64,000 nt of DNA from the human T2T-CHM13v2.0 reference genome, Homo sapiens. The notes beneath the pieces are model-generated. The model made no database searches. It was not told the origin of the DNA and saw only the letters and a program-made list of their open reading frames with translations. The stretch lies in NCBI RefSeq assembly GCF_009914755.1, contig NC_060925.1, one strand, 5' to 3'. A program made the position numbers and the translations under genes. Positions 34,284 through 48,651 of the stretch are shown here, piece by piece (the stretch's first letter is position 1; each line of letters starts with the position of its first letter).

Positions 34284-34869
34284 CGCACGGCGCGGGCAGC
34301 CCCGCCGCGCCGGCCCGGGGCTCCCACCAGCGCGCCGCCGACGCCCGGGGCAGGCCGGCCCCGACGCCCGGTCCGTCCGCCCGCCCGCAGCTCCGCGCTG
34401 CCGCGGCCCCGCCAAAGGCCGCCCCGCGCCCCACCGGGGCAAGGCCAGCGCGGCTGCCCCGTTCCGCCCGCCTGCCTCTGGGGGCGCTCTCGCTCCCTCG
34501 CCGCCCGGGGCCGCCAGAGCCCTTCCCCACCAGGTGCCCGGCGGGGACACGGCCGGCGCCGACGGGGTCCCCACTCCTCCGCCTCCCACCGGGCGCCGGG
34601 CCCTGTGCCTCGCAGAAAGCCTCTTCCGACACCCACTTTGGGCCGGCAGCTCTCTGGGCGCCGTGGGGGCCAGAGGAGGCCGCCCGGCTGCGGGCGACCA
34701 AGCCGCGGGCGAGAAGAAAAGGTAGGAGGCCAACGGGGCCCAGGAGGCCCAGGGGGCCAAGGGGCCAGGCCCGAGATGGCGCCCTGCGACTAGCGGGAGG
34801 GCGGAGGAAGGAGAGAGAAGGAGGGCCCACAGGCTGGGTCCGAGGCGGCGGCCCAAAAAGCACGGCTGC

Positions 34870-34941
34870 CTCCCCGTCGGGGAATCGAACCCCGGTCTCC
34901 CGCGTGACAGGCGGGGATACTCACCACTATACTAACGAGGA
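34870..34941 (-). tRNA. TRD-GTC2: tRNA-Asp(GTC), unit 5
   Basis: Identical to the unit 1 copy. Confidence 0.97.
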
Positions 34942-35577
34942 CGACGGCGACGGTCGCCGGGACGCCAGACCCCACTCCGACCGCGGACGCCTAGCCCTGC
35001 CTTGATCCCCTCCCCCGACGGCAGGGGCCGGGCGCGTGCTCGCCTTCCACCCGCCGCCCGCCGCCCGCCACCCGCCACACGCCACCCGTCACCTGCCACC
35101 CGCCCCCCGCCACCGTTGGCACGACCTACCCCGACACCCAACAAAGCACCCTGCGATCCCGCTGGGACCCGGAGCCGGAGCCGGACCCCGACAGGTACCG
35201 GAGCGGCGTGGAACCTCCCCGCGCGCCCTGCCTGCTGTCTCCAACGCGGGGATCGCGCCGGGGCAGGAGGAGGCGCGGGCGAAACAGTCAGGCCGCTGCT
35301 CCTAGGACGCGGTGGGCGCACGCCCTGCGGGGTTCGGCGAGCGGAGGCGCGGGGGCTGGGGCGTGGGCCGGCGGCGGCCGGCCCGACGCGGACCCTTTGG
35401 GTCCGGGGTGGGGACGCGGGGGCGTCCACGCCAACGCCAGCCGGCTCCGTTCACTTGGCGCCCGCTCCGCCCGCGCGGTCCGTCGGTTGCGCACCGAACC
35501 CAGACAGGCGCCGGCCAAGGGCGCAGGCGTTCGCGCCGGGTCCCAGCCATGCCAGCGGCGACGCGCCCCGGCGCGCC

Positions 35578-35660
35578 GTCAGGATGGCCGAGCGGTCTAA
35601 GGCGCTGCGTTCAGGTCGCAGTCTCCCCTGGAGGCGTGGGTTCGAATCCCACTCCTGACA
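35578..35660 (+). tRNA. TRL-CAG1: tRNA-Leu(CAG), unit 5
   Basis: Identical to the unit 1 copy. Confidence 0.97.
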
Positions 35661-36897
35661 AGCCGACCTTTTGGCCCGCCCGCCGGAGGGCAACGCCCAT
35701 GGCAACCCTGGAGCACCTTTGGCCGCTTCCTGCCTTGAGCCCTTGCCCGCTCTCCAGACTCCAGCCCCCTTGAAGCAAGCCTCCAAAACGCCGCCGCTTC
35801 TCAGGCACGTCCGTTCTTCCTGCCCACCCGCCGGCTGTCGCAGAAACAGCCCAGGACCATGCGCCAGCGCCCGCGACCCTCTACCAATTGCCCTTCGGAC
35901 AGACGCCCTCCCCACCACCTCACACGCCCTCTTCCCTGGCCCCACACACAGCGAGCGACCGCGACCACCTTCCACGCTCTTCCCTGCCTATCTCCTCCGC
36001 CCGCCTTCTCCTCACTCGCCCAAACAGACACAGCCCAGATTCTTCCCCTATTCCTCCTTTTCCCTCCTTCCTCCCACCGGCCTGCGCCCACCGCCCACCG
36101 CCTTGAATCGCCGCTGCGCTGCCCAGAGGCGTCCTGGCCTGAACAGCCCGCCCGGTTTCACCCTCCAACTTCTGACCGCTGAGCAGCAGCGAGCGACTCG
36201 CTCGTGGAGCCGCACACACGTCTCCCACCAGAGGCACGCCATCCAGCATCCTGTCCTTTCCTCCGACCCCTCGGACCCCGGCCGCGCATTCCATTCTGCC
36301 GACACCCTAGCCAGGTCGCCGATCCCACCTCGCTACCTGTGCTCCCTTCCCGCTAACACCTGCCTGCCGGCCCACCTGCAGCCCGGACGCCTGCCGGCCA
36401 GAGGCAGCGGGAACCCTGCACACAGCCGGGCAGGCGAGTCCAAACCCGGAAAGACAGCCCAAGAGGAATCACGAGCGGAAGCCCTAGATCCCCGTCACCC
36501 GCCCACAAACGCCTGGCCCCGCCGGGACCAGCTCTGCGCCACAGCGCATCCCCACGCGGGAAGCCGCGGCCTGGGCCGTCCCAGCCACACCCAGCGCGCC
36601 TTCTCCAGGGTCAGCCAGCTGCGGCTCTGCCGAAGCGCTCCTCCGCTCCTTTCTCGCGCTCCAGCCTCCCTACCAGCCCAGGGGGCCGGACCCCAAGTGC
36701 GAGCCGGTGGCGTGGGTCAGAGCGCAGGAGCGAGGCGCCCACGGACCTGGTCTGCGTTTCTGAGCCGCACGCCACGGCTGCGAGACCCGTTCCCCATCGC
36801 CGCCCCCGCTCGCTGACACACCCATCCCGCCTCTCACCTGCTGGTGACACAAGTGAGAAGGCTGGCCCCACGGTGGTGAAAAAAAAAAACACCTCAC

Positions 36898-36899
36898 GA

Positions 36900-36935
<36 letters not shown>

Positions 36936-36945
36936 CAGAAAGAAA
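36898..36945. repeat. (GAAA)9 GACA (GAAA)2 STR, unit 5
   Basis: Direct count. Confidence 0.93.
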
Positions 36946-37328
36946 CAACAAAAACAAAACACAAAAACTCTGGGTCTGTGCCGGGGATCCGCGCTCAGCA
37001 AGGCCCGCCACAGCAAATCTGCCCACACGGGCATTTGGGCGCGGGCCACGGCCGGTCCTTCCCCTGGAGACCCCGGCGGGCAGTCTCTCGACCCTGGGCG
37101 GCAGAGAAAGCGCAAGATGGGACGAGTCGGCCTCTCTCCCTCCGCTCTCCCTCCGCGCCCCGCCTCAGGTCCCTCGACGTGACGAGAGCCTCCCCTTCTG
37201 CTCGCCCCATCGGGCCAGCCTCTCGTGGACGCTGCAATAGGACGGAGGCCCACGGCAGGCGGTGACCAGTGAACGGCGGCTGGTGGCGAGTTCCGCTGTG
37301 CCAGCTTCCGTTGGCGTTTGCCATCGGT

Positions 37329-37399
37329 GCATGGGTGGTTCAGTGGTAGAATTCTCGCCTGCCACGCGGGAGGCCCGGGTTCGATTCCCGGCCCATGCA
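37329..37399 (+). tRNA. TRG-GCC1: tRNA-Gly(GCC), unit 6
   Basis: Identical to the unit 1 copy. Confidence 0.97.
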
Positions 37400-37780
37400 G
37401 CACGCCCTCCCATTTTGGTGCTGCAGCAGCACCAAGGCGTAGCTGCGCTCGCCTCTGCCGCCTCCTTACACTCGGGGCGCGCGAGCGAGTCCGGCACCGG
37501 CTGCGCTCCCACGCGCGACGGCCCTCTGCCCTTTCTTCCGTGCCTCTCTCGACTGACTTAGGGATGAGCCTACCCCACGCACCCACACACCTTGGTGACA
37601 ACAACCCCTCCAGACACGAGAGCGCGCCAGACACCAGAACTTGGCAGCCTCCTGGTCCTGTTTCTCTGCATTGCCCTGCCACCGCCTCTGCCCGACGCAT
37701 TTCACTTCACGGAACACCGCCAGGCACCACGGGCTTGCAGCCACTCGCACCACCCCTTCTCTTCACATTTCACCGCCTCG

Positions 37781-37825
<45 letters not shown>

Positions 37826-39619
37826 CCCCCCCCCCCTCGCTGGCTCCCCACATCCAGAAAATGATGCCATGGTTGCCCTTCCAGTAGGAAGGAAGTCGCG
37901 ACTCCAGGGAGTAACTCATCACTTTCCCCTAGTTGGTCACACAGTCCTTAACGCGACCACACGAGTGTACGCGTGGCATGTGCACCGTCTATATTCACCG
38001 TGTTCCGGCTACTCCACACTCTCTCCCCTCATTCTGCCGGCACCACCACCGCCATGTCGCAACTCCCAACCTAACCCCAATCCACCACTTTAGTCGAGGA
38101 TGCTGCCTTGTTTCTCCCCCTCGGACCTCTTTTCATCTCAGCCCCAGACACATGCCTGAGACGTGAATGTGCGTCCTGAAGACGGCTTATTTATGTCTCG
38201 GGTCCAGTTGCATTCCCTACCCTTTTGGGACGTGGGACGTGGCCTCCAGTCGCTCTGTCACGATGTCTCTCCCACCCTGGGCTGCTTGCCACCTCACCCC
38301 AGCCCCACTCCATACTCTGACCGCCCAGCCCAAGCAGCATCCCAGTCTCGCCGGCGCGGGTCCCCTTTGACCACACAGACTTCGTTCCTGCCCAGACCAA
38401 CCGGCTGAAAATGTACTGTTCCCACCAGCCTTCAGGCTCAGCCCTCCCTCCCCCACCTTTGTCTCACGCCACCCACCCCTTCACTCACACACACACTCTG
38501 ACGCGCACACACACACACACACACTCACACTCTCACTCTCTCTCTCTCTCACTCTCTGTCTTTCTCTGTCTCTCTCTCTCTCTCTGTCTCTATGTCTCTA
38601 TCTCTCTGTCTCTGTCTCACACAGCCAACTCTCCGTCTCGCCGTCAATGCCCCTCTCTCAGACGACTCATATCCCCCAGCCCTGGCCTCCTTCAGCCTCT
38701 TCAGACTCACGCCAGCTCCGCCACCAGCTGGGATCCCTCCGACCTATGGCATAGGCAGCCCGCGAGGTGCCCTAACGCCCCAGGCATCTGCACAACCTCC
38801 GTTTGACTGCACAGCCTCACTCCCAGACCTGGCCAGCCAGCCCTGTGCACCCCCTGGACACCGTGGACTCCTTCTTCCAGCTCCCAGCACGCGACATGCT
38901 TCTCTCCTTTCCTTGGTGTCAGCCCCTTGCCCCGGGCTAGGGTGGACGCCAGCCACGGGATCGGACACCTTCTTCCGTCGCTGTCACCCACTGACATCCA
39001 CCCACAACACGCTGGCAAGCAAGCCAGCCTCCCGTGGGGATGGCAAACATCTCTATCCCCGATAGGGTCTGGTCCCTGCAGGTGATCCGACTGTGCCAAG
39101 ATCCCACGAATGACACGGGACAGGTTTGTGCAGTTGGTTGGACGTCTACTTTGCCCCTACAGAGGGGTTTTGGCAAGAAGTCGACTGACTTCTGCCATTG
39201 ACCTGGGGAATCAGCCAAACAATAAGATCAGTACGGGTTGAATAGAGGTTGGAGAACTGGGCTCATCTGTGCTAAGGAGGGGATGGGAAAAAAGTCCCAC
39301 AGCGAATCTTGGCGCTGGGGATAGGTACCATCTCCACATGTTCCTTGACATTTGGAGAGACGATAGAGAGCGTAGGTCAGGCAATGGGAAGCAAACTTCG
39401 GCTAGAAGTCTGTCAGGAACCCCAACCCCGCACATGCGCTTTGGTCAGCCTGGCCGTTGGGTTTTCCCCACGAACTGCTGCATCTCCACGCTTCAATGCC
39501 CGTGGCCAGGTTGGTCTGACTAATGGGACCTCTCAAGATTCATTTTCACATCCAGAATAGGCGAGAATCTCAAACCTGTCGACGGTGAGCGGGAGCATGT
39601 GTACGCACATGCACGTGTA

Positions 39620-40041
39620 CGTTGCGGGAAGTCAGGGACCCGGAACGGAGGGAGCGGCTGGAGCTGCGGCCGAGGCACGTAAATTGTGAGGATTTCATTT
39701 CAATACGGACATTCATCAGTTCCCAAATAATGCTTTTATAATTTCTTACGCCTGTCTTTACTTTAATCTCTTAATCCTGTTATCTTCGTAAGCTGAGGAT
39801 GTACGTCACCTCAGGACCGCTGTGACAATTGTGTTGACTCTACAAATTGATGGTAAAACGTGTGTGTTTGAACAGCATGAAATCAGAGCACCTTGAAAAA
39901 GAATAGAATAACAGCGACTTTTAGGGAACAGGGGAAGACAACGGTAAGGTCTGACTGCCTGCGAGGTCGGGCAGAAAGAGCCATATTTTTCTTCTTGCAG
40001 AGAGCCTATGAAGGACGTGCAGGTAGGGAAGATGTGGCTAA
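39620..40041 (+). mobile_element. MER11A-like LTR fragment, unit 6
   Basis: Copy of 2647-3068. Confidence 0.85.
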
Positions 40042-40613
40042 GACAACCTAAGTGTCCATCGGCCGGGAAATGGATTAACAAAAATGTGGCATATAGACAC
40101 CATGGAATACTCTTTGGCCATAGAAAAGAACGAAATCCTCTGGTCTGCAGCAACAGAGGCGGAGCTAAAGGTCACGATGGAACATCAAACGAGCCGGGCA
40201 CAGAAAGACAGAGAGGGCAGGTTCTTACTCCAATCCTGGGAGCTCAAAATGTTCACCTTGTGGAGGTAGAGAGTAGAACGATAGACACCAGAGGCTGGAG
40301 AGGGTGTGTGGGTGACTGCGGTGAAGAGAGGTTGGTGAAATGGGTCCGAGCATGCGTTTGGATGGAGGGAATACGTTCCAATAATGTTCTACGGCGGAGT
40401 AGGGCGACTAGGGGTAACAACGATGTATTAGTGCTTGTTTCCGAAGAGCTCCTGGAAGACAGCACCTGAGATGCTCCCAACAGGTAGAGATGACAGATAC
40501 CCACGGGATGGATGCCCTACATCCCCTCAGTTGACCATCGATCACTACGCGATGTACACGCGTTACCACACGTCACAGGAATCCCATGGATATCATGTCC
40601 GCATGAAGAAAAA
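40042..40613 (+). mobile_element. L1MA-like 3' fragment, unit 6
   Basis: Copy of 3069-3640. Confidence 0.85.
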
Positions 40614-41246
40614 CATAGTCATGCTGCCAGGGTGATTGTCGCAGCTCTGCCTCCCTAGCGCTATGGCCCGTGGTCTCGGCTCCTCAAGTTCCGCTGCCAT
40701 TACTACCAAAGCCGCTGACACCCGTGGAGCCCAATCACGGATCCCACGCCTTGGGAAAGCCAGTGCGCTTGCTGACATGAGTGGCTCTGGCGGGTGGCCC
40801 AACCATTAGGCGCAGATCCCCCGCAGCCGAGAGAGAAGTGGCCCGTCAGCCACTCGGCTTGGCTTGGCAGAAGCCGCTCCGCTCGAGAGTCCTGGCCCAT
40901 CCCGTGGCCAGCCGAGAGTGCGAGGGTGGCGGTGGTGGTGGTGGCGGGTCACCTGGCGGCCATGGGAGGAGAAAGCCTGACCTGGCCAGTGGGCTTTGCC
41001 GCTGACAAAGAGTGGGAGCGAGGCGAGCACCTGACAAGGAAGGGCTGTGAAGCTGATGTTGCGAAGGTGGCGCCAGCGAGGCCAAAAGGAGGGATGGGTG
41101 GAGGTAGACGGGGAGCGTTGGGGCGGCGCACGTGGAAGCCGCGGGAGGTTGTGGCTGGGGCGCGGGAGAAGCGAGCCAGCCTGTTGGTCAAAAGGGGAGG
41201 TGTGAAGGGGCCTGGCAGTTGGCAGGCAGAGCCAACGAAGGAAGGC

Positions 41247-41318
41247 TTCCCTGACCGGGAATCGAACCCGGGCCGCGGCGGTGAGAGCGCCGAATCCTAA
41301 CCACTAGACCACCAGGGA
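41247..41318 (-). tRNA. TRE-CTC1: tRNA-Glu(CTC), unit 6
   Basis: Identical to the unit 1 copy. Confidence 0.97.
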
Positions 41319-41604
41319 GAGGCGGCTTCAGGGCCCGGCTTGCGCCTCCTGGCCCCAGCGCCTCTGGCCCCAGCACTGGGCGCTACCTTGGCGCCTGTCC
41401 CCTGCTTCGCTTTAAAACAAACACCCGCAACCAGCCCCCGCGACGCCGGCGGCAACCGGCCTGCCCTCACGAGCAGCTCTGGCCCTGTTCGCAGCACACC
41501 CTCCAAACACCGCGCGCCTCCTTCCCCGGCGCACAGGCACGCAGCCACAGGCCAAGCTGCGACGCGAGCTCCGCGACGGGGACCTCCGCAAAAGGTCCGC
41601 CCGC

Positions 41605-41676
41605 TGCGTTGGCCGGGAATCGAACCCGGGTCAACTGCTTGGAAGGCAGCTATGCTCACCACTATACCACCAACGC
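41605..41676 (-). tRNA. TRG-TCC2: tRNA-Gly(TCC), unit 6
   Basis: Identical to the unit 1 copy. Confidence 0.97.
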
Positions 41677-42262
41677 CGCACGGCGCGGGCAGCCCCGCCG
41701 CGCCGGCCCGGGGCTCCCACCAGCGCGCCGCCGACGCCCGGGGCAGGCCGGCCCCGACGCCCGGTCCGTCCGCCCGCCCGCAGCTCCGCGCTGCCGCGGC
41801 CCCGCCAAAGGCCGCCCCGCGCCCCACCGGGGCAAGGCCAGCGCGGCTGCCCCGTTCCGCCCGCCTGCCTCTGGGGGCGCTCTCGCTCCCTCGCCGCCCG
41901 GGGCCGCCAGAGCCCTTCCCCACCAGGTGCCCGGCGGGGACACGGCCGGCGCCGACGGGGTCCCCACTCCTCCGCCTCCCACCGGGCGCCGGGCCCTGTG
42001 CCTCGCAGAAAGCCTCTTCCGACACCCACTTTGGGCCGGCAGCTCTCTGGGCGCCGTGGGGGCCAGAGGAGGCCGCCCGGCTGCGGGCGACCAAGCCGCG
42101 GGCGAGAAGAAAAGGTAGGAGGCCAACGGGGCCCAGGAGGCCCAGGGGGCCAAGGGGCCAGGCCCGAGATGGCGCCCTGCGACTAGCGGGAGGGCGGAGG
42201 AAGGAGAGAGAAGGAGGGCCCACAGGCTGGGTCCGAGGCGGCGGCCCAAAAAGCACGGCTGC

Positions 42263-42334
42263 CTCCCCGTCGGGGAATCGAACCCCGGTCTCCCGCGTGA
42301 CAGGCGGGGATACTCACCACTATACTAACGAGGA
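42263..42334 (-). tRNA. TRD-GTC2: tRNA-Asp(GTC), unit 6
   Basis: Identical to the unit 1 copy. Confidence 0.97.
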
Positions 42335-42970
42335 CGACGGCGACGGTCGCCGGGACGCCAGACCCCACTCCGACCGCGGACGCCTAGCCCTGCCTTGATC
42401 CCCTCCCCCGACGGCAGGGGCCGGGCGCGTGCTCGCCTTCCACCCGCCGCCCGCCGCCCGCCACCCGCCACACGCCACCCGTCACCTGCCACCCGCCCCC
42501 CGCCACCGTTGGCACGACCTACCCCGACACCCAACAAAGCACCCTGCGATCCCGCTGGGACCCGGAGCCGGAGCCGGACCCCGACAGGTACCGGAGCGGC
42601 GTGGAACCTCCCCGCGCGCCCTGCCTGCTGTCTCCAACGCGGGGATCGCGCCGGGGCAGGAGGAGGCGCGGGCGAAACAGTCAGGCCGCTGCTCCTAGGA
42701 CGCGGTGGGCGCACGCCCTGCGGGGTTCGGCGAGCGGAGGCGCGGGGGCTGGGGCGTGCGCCGGCGGCGGCCGGCCCGACGCGGACCCTTTGGGTCCGGG
42801 GTGGGGACGCGGGGGCGTCCACGCCAACGCCAGCCGGCTCCGTTCACTTGGCGCCCGCTCCGCCCGCGCGGTCCGTCGGTTGCGCACCGAACCCAGACAG
42901 GCGCCGGCCAAGGGCGCAGGCGTTCGCGCCGGGTCCCAGCCATGCCAGCGGCGACGCGCCCCGGCGCGCC

Positions 42971-43053
42971 GTCAGGATGGCCGAGCGGTCTAAGGCGCTG
43001 CGTTCAGGTCGCAGTCTCCCCTGGAGGCGTGGGTTCGAATCCCACTCCTGACA
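42971..43053 (+). tRNA. TRL-CAG1: tRNA-Leu(CAG), unit 6
   Basis: Identical to the unit 1 copy. Confidence 0.97.
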
Positions 43054-44290
43054 AGCCGACCTTTTGGCCCGCCCGCCGGAGGGCAACGCCCATGGCAACC
43101 CTGGAGCACCTTTGGCCGCTTCCTGCCTTGAGCCCTTGCCCGCTCTCCAGACTCCAGCCCCCTTGAAGCAAGCCTCCAAAACGCCGCCGCTTCTCAGGCA
43201 CGTCCGTTCTTCCTGCCCACCCGCCGGCTGTCGCAGAAACAGCCCAGGACCATGCGCCAGCGCCCGCGACCCTCTACCAATTGCCCTTCGGACAGACGCC
43301 CTCCCCACCACCTCACACGCCCTCTTCCCTGGCCCCACACACAGCGAGCGACCGCGACCACCTTCCACGCTCTTCCCTGCCTATCTCCTCCGCCCGCCTT
43401 CTCCTCACTCGCCCAAACAGACACAGCCCAGATTCTTCCCCTATTCCTCCTTTTCCCTCCTTCCTCCCACCGGCCTGCGCCCACCGCCCACCGCCTTGAA
43501 TCGCCGCTGCGCTGCCCAGAGGCGTCCTGGCCTGAACAGCCCGCCCGGTTTCACCCTCCAACTTCTGACCGCTGAGCAGCAGCGAGCGACTCGCTCGTGG
43601 AGCCGCACACACGTCTCCCACCAGAGGCACGCCATCCAGCATCCTGTCCTTTCCTCCGACCCCTCGGACCCCGGCCGCGCATTCCATTCTGCCGACACCC
43701 TAGCCAGGTCGCCGATCCCACCTCGCTACCTGTGCTCCCTTCCCGCTAACACCTGCCTGCCGGCCCACCTGCAGCCCGGACGCCTGCCGGCCAGAGGCAG
43801 CGGGAACCCTGCACACAGCCGGGCAGGCGAGTCCAAACCCGGAAAGACAGCCCAAGAGGAATCACGAGCGGAAGCCCTAGATCCCCGTCACCCGCCCACA
43901 AACGCCTGGCCCCGCCGGGACCAGCTCTGCGCCACAGCGCATCCCCACGCGGGAAGCCGCGGCCTGGGCCGTCCCAGCCACACCCAGCGCGCCTTCTCCA
44001 GGGTCAGCCAGCTGCGGCTCTGCCGAAGCGCTCCTCCGCTCCTTTCTCGCGCTCCAGCCTCCCTACCAGCCCAGGGGGCCGGACCCCAAGTGCGAGCCGG
44101 TGGCGTGGGTCAGAGCGCAGGAGCGAGGCGCCCACGGACCTGGTCTGCGTTTCTGAGCCGCACGCCACGGCTGCGAGACCCGTTCCCCATCGCCGCCCCC
44201 GCTCGCTGACACACCCATCCCGCCTCTCACCTGCTGGTGACACAAGTGAGAAGGCTGGCCCCACGGTGGTGAAAAAAAAAAACACCTCAC

Positions 44291-44292
44291 GA

Positions 44293-44344
<52 letters not shown>

Positions 44345-44346
44345 AA
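44291..44346. repeat. (GAAA)14 STR, unit 6
   Basis: Direct count. Confidence 0.93.
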
Positions 44347-44729
44347 CAACAAAAACAAAACACAAAAACTCTGGGTCTGTGCCGGGGATCCGCGCTCAGC
44401 AAGGCCCGCCACAGCAAATCTGCCCACACGGGCATTTGGGCGCGGGCCACGGCCGGTCCTTCCCCTGGAGACCCCGGCGGGCAGTCTCTCGACCCTGGGC
44501 GGCAGAGAAAGCGCAAGATGGGACGAGTCGGCCTCTCTCCCTCCGCTCTCCCTCCGCGCCCCGCCTCAGGTCCCTCGACGTGACGAGAGCCTCCCCTTCT
44601 GCTCGCCCCATCGGGCCAGCCTCTCGTGGACGCTGCAATAGGACGGAGGCCCACGGCAGGCGGTGACCAGTGAACGGCGGCTGGTGGCGAGTTCCGCTGT
44701 GCCAGCTTCCGTTGGCGTTTGCCATCGGT

Positions 44730-44800
44730 GCATGGGTGGTTCAGTGGTAGAATTCTCGCCTGCCACGCGGGAGGCCCGGGTTCGATTCCCGGCCCATGCA
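44730..44800 (+). tRNA. TRG-GCC1: tRNA-Gly(GCC), unit 7
   Basis: Identical to the unit 1 copy. Confidence 0.97.
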
Positions 44801-45181
44801 GCACGCCCTCCCATTTTGGTGCTGCAGCAGCACCAAGGCGTAGCTGCGCTCGCCTCTGCCGCCTCCTTACACTCGGGGCGCGCGAGCGAGTCCGGCACCG
44901 GCTGCGCTCCCACGCGCGACGGCCCTCTGCCCTTTCTTCCGTGCCTCTCTCGACTGACTTAGGGATGAGCCTACCCCACGCACCCACACACCTTGGTGAC
45001 AACAACCCCTCCAGACACGAGAGCGCGCCAGACACCAGAACTTGGCAGCCTCCTGGTCCTGTTTCTCTTCATTGCCCTGCCACCGCCTCTGCCCGACGCA
45101 TTTCACTTCACGGAACACCGCCAGGCACCACGGGCTTGCAGCCACTCGCACCACCCCTTCTCTTCACATTTCACCGCCTCG

Positions 45182-45228
<47 letters not shown>

Positions 45229-47024
45229 CCCCCCCCCCCCCTCGCTGGCTCCCCACATCCAGAAAATGATGCCATGGTTGCCCTTCCAGTAGGAAGGAAG
45301 TCGCGACTCCAGGGAGTAACTCATCACTTTCCCCTAGTTGGTCACACAGTCCTTAACGCGACCACACGAGTGTACGCGTGGCATGTGCACCGTCTATATT
45401 CACCGTGTTCCGGCTACTCCACACTCTCTCCCCTCATTCTGCCGGCACCACCACCGCCATGTCGCAACTCCCAACCTAACCCCAATCCACCACTTTAGTC
45501 GAGGATGCTGCCTTGTTTCTCCCCCTCGGACCTCTTTTCATCTCAGCCCCAGACACATGCCTGAGACGTGAATGTGCGTCCTGAAGACGGCTTATTTATG
45601 TCTCGGGTCCAGTTGCATTCCCTACCCTTTTGGGACGTGGGACGTGGCCTCCAGTCGCTCTGTCACGATGTCTCTCCCACCCTGGGCTGCTTGCCACCTC
45701 ACCCCAGCCCCACTCCATACTCTGACCGCCCAGCCCAAGCAGCATCCCAGTCTCGCCGGCGCGGGTCCCCTTTGACCACACAGACTTCGTTCCTGCCCAG
45801 ACCAACCGGCTGAAAATGTACTGTTCCCACCAGCCTTCAGGCTCAGCCCTCCCTCCCCCACCTTTGTCTCACGCCACCCACCCCTTCACTCACACACACA
45901 CTCTGACGCGCACACACACACACACACACTCACACTCTCACTCTCTCTCTCTCTCACTCTCTGTCTTTCTCTGTCTCTCTCTCTCTCTCTGTCTCTATGT
46001 CTCTATCTCTCTGTCTCTGTCTCACACAGCCAACTCTCCGTCTCGCCGTCAATGCCCCTCTCTCAGACGACTCATATCCCCCAGCCCTGGCCTCCTTCAG
46101 CCTCTTCAGACTCACGCCAGCTCCGCCACCAGCTGGGATCCCTCCGACCTATGGCATAGGCAGCCCGCGAGGTGCCCTAACGCCCCAGGCATCTGCACAA
46201 CCTCCGTTTGACTGCACAGCCTCACTCCCAGACCTGGCCAGCCAGCCCTGTGCACCCCCTGGACACCGTGGACTCCTTCTTCCAGCTCCCAGCACGCGAC
46301 ATGCTTCTCTCCTTTCCTTGGTGTCAGCCCCTTGCCCCGGGCTAGGGTGGACGCCAGCCACGGGATCGGACACCTTCTTCCGTCGCTGTCACCCACTGAC
46401 ATCCACCCACAACACGCTGGCAAGCAAGCCAGCCTCCCGTGGGGATGGCAAACATCTCTATCCCCGATAGGGTCTGGTCCCTGCAGGTGATCCGACTGTG
46501 CCAAGATCCCACGAATGACACGGGACAGGTTTGTGCAGTTGGTTGGACGTCTACTTTGCCCCTACAGAGGGGTTTTGGCAAGAAGTCGACTGACTTCTGC
46601 CATTGACCTGGGGAATCAGCCAAACAATAAGATCAGTACGGGTTGAATAGAGGTTGGAGAACTGGGCTCATCTGTGCTAAGGAGGGGATGGGAAAAAAGT
46701 CCCACAGCGAATCTTGGCGCTGGGGATAGGTACCATCTCCACATGTTCCTTGACATTTGGAGAGACGATAGAGAGCGTAGGTCAGGCAATGGGAAGCAAA
46801 CTTCGGCTAGAAGTCTGTCAGGAACCCCAACCCCGCACATGCGCTTTGGTCAGCCTGGCCGTTGGGTTTTCCCCACGAACTGCTGCATCTCCACGCTTCA
46901 ATGCCCGTGGCCAGGTTGGTCTGACTAATGGGACCTCTCAAGATTCATTTTCACATCCAGAATAGGCGAGAATCTCAAACCTGTCGACGGTGAGCGGGAG
47001 CATGTGTACGCACATGCACGTGTA

Positions 47025-47446
47025 CGTTGCGGGAAGTCAGGGACCCCGAACGGAGGGAGCGGCTGGAGCTGCGGCCGAGGCACGTAAATTGTGAGGATTT
47101 CATTTCAATACGGACATTCATCAGTTCCCAAATAATGCTTTTATAATTTCTTACGCCTGTCTTTACTTTAATCTCTTAATCCTGTTATCTTCGTAAGCTG
47201 AGGATGTACGTCACCTCAGGACCGCTGTGACAATTGTGTTGACTCTACAAATTGATGGTAAAACGTGTGTGTTTGAACAGCATGAAATCAGAGCACCTTG
47301 AAAAAGAATAGAATAACAGCGACTTTTAGGGAACAGGGGAAGACAACGGTAAGGTCTGACTGCCTGCGAGGTCGGGCAGAAAGAGCCATATTTTTCTTCT
47401 TGCAGAGAGCCTATGAAGGACGTGCAGGTAGGGAAGATGTGGCTAA
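47025..47446 (+). mobile_element. MER11A-like LTR fragment, unit 7
   Basis: Copy of 2647-3068. Confidence 0.85.
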
Positions 47447-48018
47447 GACAACCTAAGTGTCCATCGGCCGGGAAATGGATTAACAAAAATGTGGCATATA
47501 GACACCATGGAATACTCTTTGGCCATAGAAAAGAACGAAATCCTCTGGTCTGCAGCAACAGAGGCGGAGCTAAAGGTCACGATGGAACATCAAACGAGCC
47601 GGGCACAGAAAGACAGAGAGGGCAGGTTCTTACTCCAATCCTGGGAGCTCAAAATGTTCACCTTGTGGAGGTAGAGAGTAGAACGATAGACACCAGAGGC
47701 TGGAGAGGGTGTGTGGGTGACTGCGGTGAAGAGAGGTTGGTGAAATGGGTCCGAGCATGCGTTTGGATGGAGGGAATACGTTCCAATAATGTTCTACGGC
47801 GGAGTAGGGCGACTAGGGGTAACAACGATGTATTAGTGCTTGTTTCCGAAGAGCTCCTGGAAGACAGCACCTGAGATGCTCCCAACAGGTAGAGATGACA
47901 GATACCCACGGGATGGATGCCCTACATCCCCTCAGTTGACCATCGATCACTACGCGATGTACACGCGTTACCACACGTCACAGGAATCCCATGGATATCA
48001 TGTCCGCATGAAGAAAAA
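47447..48018 (+). mobile_element. L1MA-like 3' fragment, unit 7
   Basis: Copy of 3069-3640. Confidence 0.85.
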
Positions 48019-48651
48019 CATAGTCATGCTGCCAGGGTGATTGTCGCAGCTCTGCCTCCCTAGCGCTATGGCCCGTGGTCTCGGCTCCTCAAGTTCCGCT
48101 GCCATTACTACCAAAGCCGCTGACACCCGTGGAGCCCAATCACGGATCCCACGCCTTGGGAAAGCCAGTGCGCTTGCTGACATGAGTGGCTCTGGCGGGT
48201 GGCCCAACCATTAGGCGCAGATCCCCCGCAGCCGAGAGAGAAGTGGCCCGTCAGCCACTCGGCTTGGCTTGGCAGAAGCCGCTCCGCTCGAGAGTCCTGG
48301 CCCATCCCGTGGCCAGCCGAGAGTGCGAGGGTGGCGGTGGTGGTGGTGGCGGGTCACCTGGCGGCCATGGGAGGAGAAAGCCTGACCTGGCCAGTGGGCT
48401 TTGCCGCTGACAAAGAGTGGGAGCGAGGCGAGCACCTGACAAGGAAGGGCTGTGAAGCTGATGTTGCGAAGGTGGCGCCAGCGAGGCCAAAAGGAGGGAT
48501 GGGTGGAGGTAGACGGGGAGCGTTGGGGCGGCGCACGTGGAAGCCGCGGGAGGTTGTGGCTGGGGCGCGGGAGAAGCGAGCCAGCCTGTTGGTCAAAAGG
48601 GGAGGTGTGAAGGGGCCTGGCAGTTGGCAGGCAGAGCCAACGAAGGAAGGC